From a virus (Duplodnaviria > Caudoviricetes): a stretch of 55,753 nt of DNA. The stretch spans positions 1 through 55,753 of the IMG/VR virus record IMGVR_UViG_3300022934_000025, one strand, 5' to 3'. A program made the translations under genes and the position numbers. Below are positions 54,167 through 55,753 of the stretch, piece by piece. The stretch's first letter is position 1; every line of letters begins with the position of its first letter. The notes beneath the pieces were generated by a model. The model did no database searches. It saw only the letters and a program-made list of their open reading frames with translations, and had not been told where the DNA came from.

Positions 54167-55753
54167 CTATTTAGCTTCGCCCCATGAAGGTCCGATCTCG
54201 ACATCGCACTTACTGGGTACTTCAAGGGGGACAGCATCCTCCATGACCTTAGCGATTTCATGCGCTTCGTCAACACTTTTAACGGACATGGCTATTTCAT
54301 CGTGGATTTGAATCATGGGCAGCTTGCCCATCTTGTAGAGGTCCACCATCGCTTTTTTCGTCATATCCGCGGCAGATGCTTGGATTAAACGATTGAGCGC
54401 CTTATAGGTGTAGGCTCGTTTGAGACGGGTCGTGGGCCCATATTCGTCAACCGCTTCCCGGTAAGGCAGCGCCTTGTTCATGGCAAAGGTATCGGGCTCC
54501 CACAGATCGAAGCGACACTTACGGCCAAGCAGCGAGTGCAGCGAACCGCCCGACGATTTCTCGTTCAGTCGGTTCATGACGCCCGTCATCAGTCCTTTCA
54601 CAAACGGTACGCGGTCATGGTATTGCTTGGTTAGGCTTTTTGCTTCTTCGACCGACAGGTCCAGTTGCTCAGACAGTTTGTTCACACCCATGCCATACAT
54701 CATGCCAAGGTTAATTGTCTTAGCTTGCTTCCGCGGAATGTTAGCCATCTCCGCAACCATCGTATGGAAGTCAGTGTCCGGATCATCGTTGTATGCGTTG
54801 ACAAACTCCTTGGCTCCCTCCAGTTGAACGCCTCGCATTTTTCCGTATACATGCGCATAATGGACCAAGATGCGCGGTTCCTGTTGCGAGAAGTCAATGG
54901 CCGCCCACTGTTCACCTTCCTCTGGTAGGAACAACGAACGAATCATTGGTCCCAGTTCAGGGTCGCGGGCCGGGATTTGCTGTAGGTTAGGATTAGACAT
55001 GGAGATACGGCCCGATACGGTGCCTCCATCGTCAGAGCGGATTTGATTGATATGGGAGTGTATTCGACCATCAGCGTGGCAGTGCTTCATGATTGTATTG
55101 ATGAAGGTGCCGGATGTCTTGTTCAGGTTCCTAGCTTGGGTGACGAGTTGCGCGAGTGGATGCTCATGCTCTTGGAGGAAGAGTTTGGTGAACGACGGTG
55201 CGCCCTTTTCAGTGCGTGGATAGTTGACTCCGACTTTATCGAACGCTTTAGCGAGAGACTGTGCAGCCCAGATTTCGACATCCGTGCCGCTGATGCGCTT
55301 AATCTCCTTGAGGACTTCCCGTTCTCGCTTGAGCAAACCATCCCGCGTTCGCTCGACCTTATCCGTATCTACCCGGACACCCCGCATGGTCATATCGACC
55401 AGACATGGGAGGAGATCAAGTTCGAGATTGGCGATAGGCCACAAGCCTTCTTTGCCAAGTTGAACGGAGAAGTAATTCCAGAGTTCGAGGGTAAGTTCAG
55501 CATCACCCTCCGCATACGGTCCAACGTACATGGCGGGCATCTTCCACATCTCTGCTTTCGGATCGACTCCGAACTCCCGCGCCGCTTCCACTAGACCTTT
55601 CTCCGACTTAACTTTTCCCAAGTGGTCGTAAGCTAGTGAGTTCAGGCTGTAGCTAAATCTGTTTTCATCAAGCAGTGATGCGATGACCATGGTGTCTATG
55701 ATGCGGCCTTTGACATCGAAGCCCATGGCTTTGATCCAGCCCAAGTCATACTG
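54167..55753 (-). CDS. polA: DNA polymerase family A, 3' part (polymerase domain)
   Basis: SGRISMSNPNLQQIP, DFSQQEPR (motif A), RKQAKTINLGMMYG (B), IHDE (C). Confidence 0.96.
   Translation of the reverse strand, partial: QYDLGWIKAMGFDVKGRIIDTMVIASLLDENRFSYSLNSLAYDHLGKVKSEKGLVEAAREFGVDPKAEMWKMPAMYVGPYAEGDAELTLELWNYFSVQLGKEGLWPIANLELDLLPCLVDMTMRGVRVDTDKVERTRDGLLKREREVLKEIKRISGTDVEIWAAQSLAKAFDKVGVNYPRTEKGAPSFTKLFLQEHEHPLAQLVTQARNLNKTSGTFINTIMKHCHADGRIHSHINQIRSDDGGTVSGRISMSNPNLQQIPARDPELGPMIRSLFLPEEGEQWAAIDFSQQEPRILVHYAHVYGKMRGVQLEGAKEFVNAYNDDPDTDFHTMVAEMANIPRKQAKTINLGMMYGMGVNKLSEQLDLSVEEAKSLTKQYHDRVPFVKGLMTGVMNRLNEKSSGGSLHSLLGRKCRFDLWEPDTFAMNKALPYREAVDEYGPTTRLKRAYTYKALNRLIQASAADMTKKAMVDLYKMGKLPMIQIHDEIAMSVKSVDEAHEIAKVMEDAVPLEVPSKCDVEIGPSWGEAK
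55569..55753. repeat. Terminal overlap repeat (copy 2)
   Basis: Matches 1-185 with 3 substitutions. Confidence 0.97.

Noticed and set aside
55569-55753. Biological direct terminal repeat
   Set aside because: Falls inside the polA coding sequence; best explained as circular assembly overlap.
54167-55753. HMO-2011-type polymerase with DnaJ zinc-finger insertion
   Set aside because: No CxxCxGxG repeats in the polymerase.

Overview
Apparently complete, circularly assembled genome (55,568 bp plus a 185-bp end overlap) of a lytic marine-type tailed phage with podovirus-like gene content. The layout resembles HTVC023P/CRP-901-type phages (inferred from gene content, not from a search). Almost all genes are on the minus strand. 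There is a replication module (PolA split across the contig ends, UvrD helicase, AEP primase, SSB, one plus-strand SNF2 helicase), a long virion/packaging/lysis operon (TerL, portal, holin, M15 endolysin, GroES, scaffold, MCP, adaptors, tail fibre, ejection proteins) and an early region (46.1-54.1 kb) built from small promoter-gene-terminator cassettes. I recognised no integrase, tRNA, CRISPR array or ParA/ParB gene. The most notable signals are: (1) a 70-nt promoter-to-terminator small RNA (53594-53663) whose single-stranded seed is complementary to a shared ribosome-binding leader on six early genes, suggesting a trans-acting early-gene shut-off; (2) three canonical chromosomal parS sites, two in tandem just upstream of terL, with no phage ParB; (3) near-total GAG/CTC depletion in the early region; (4) a diglycine motif and a C-terminal GI[AG]SL motif shared by many late proteins.
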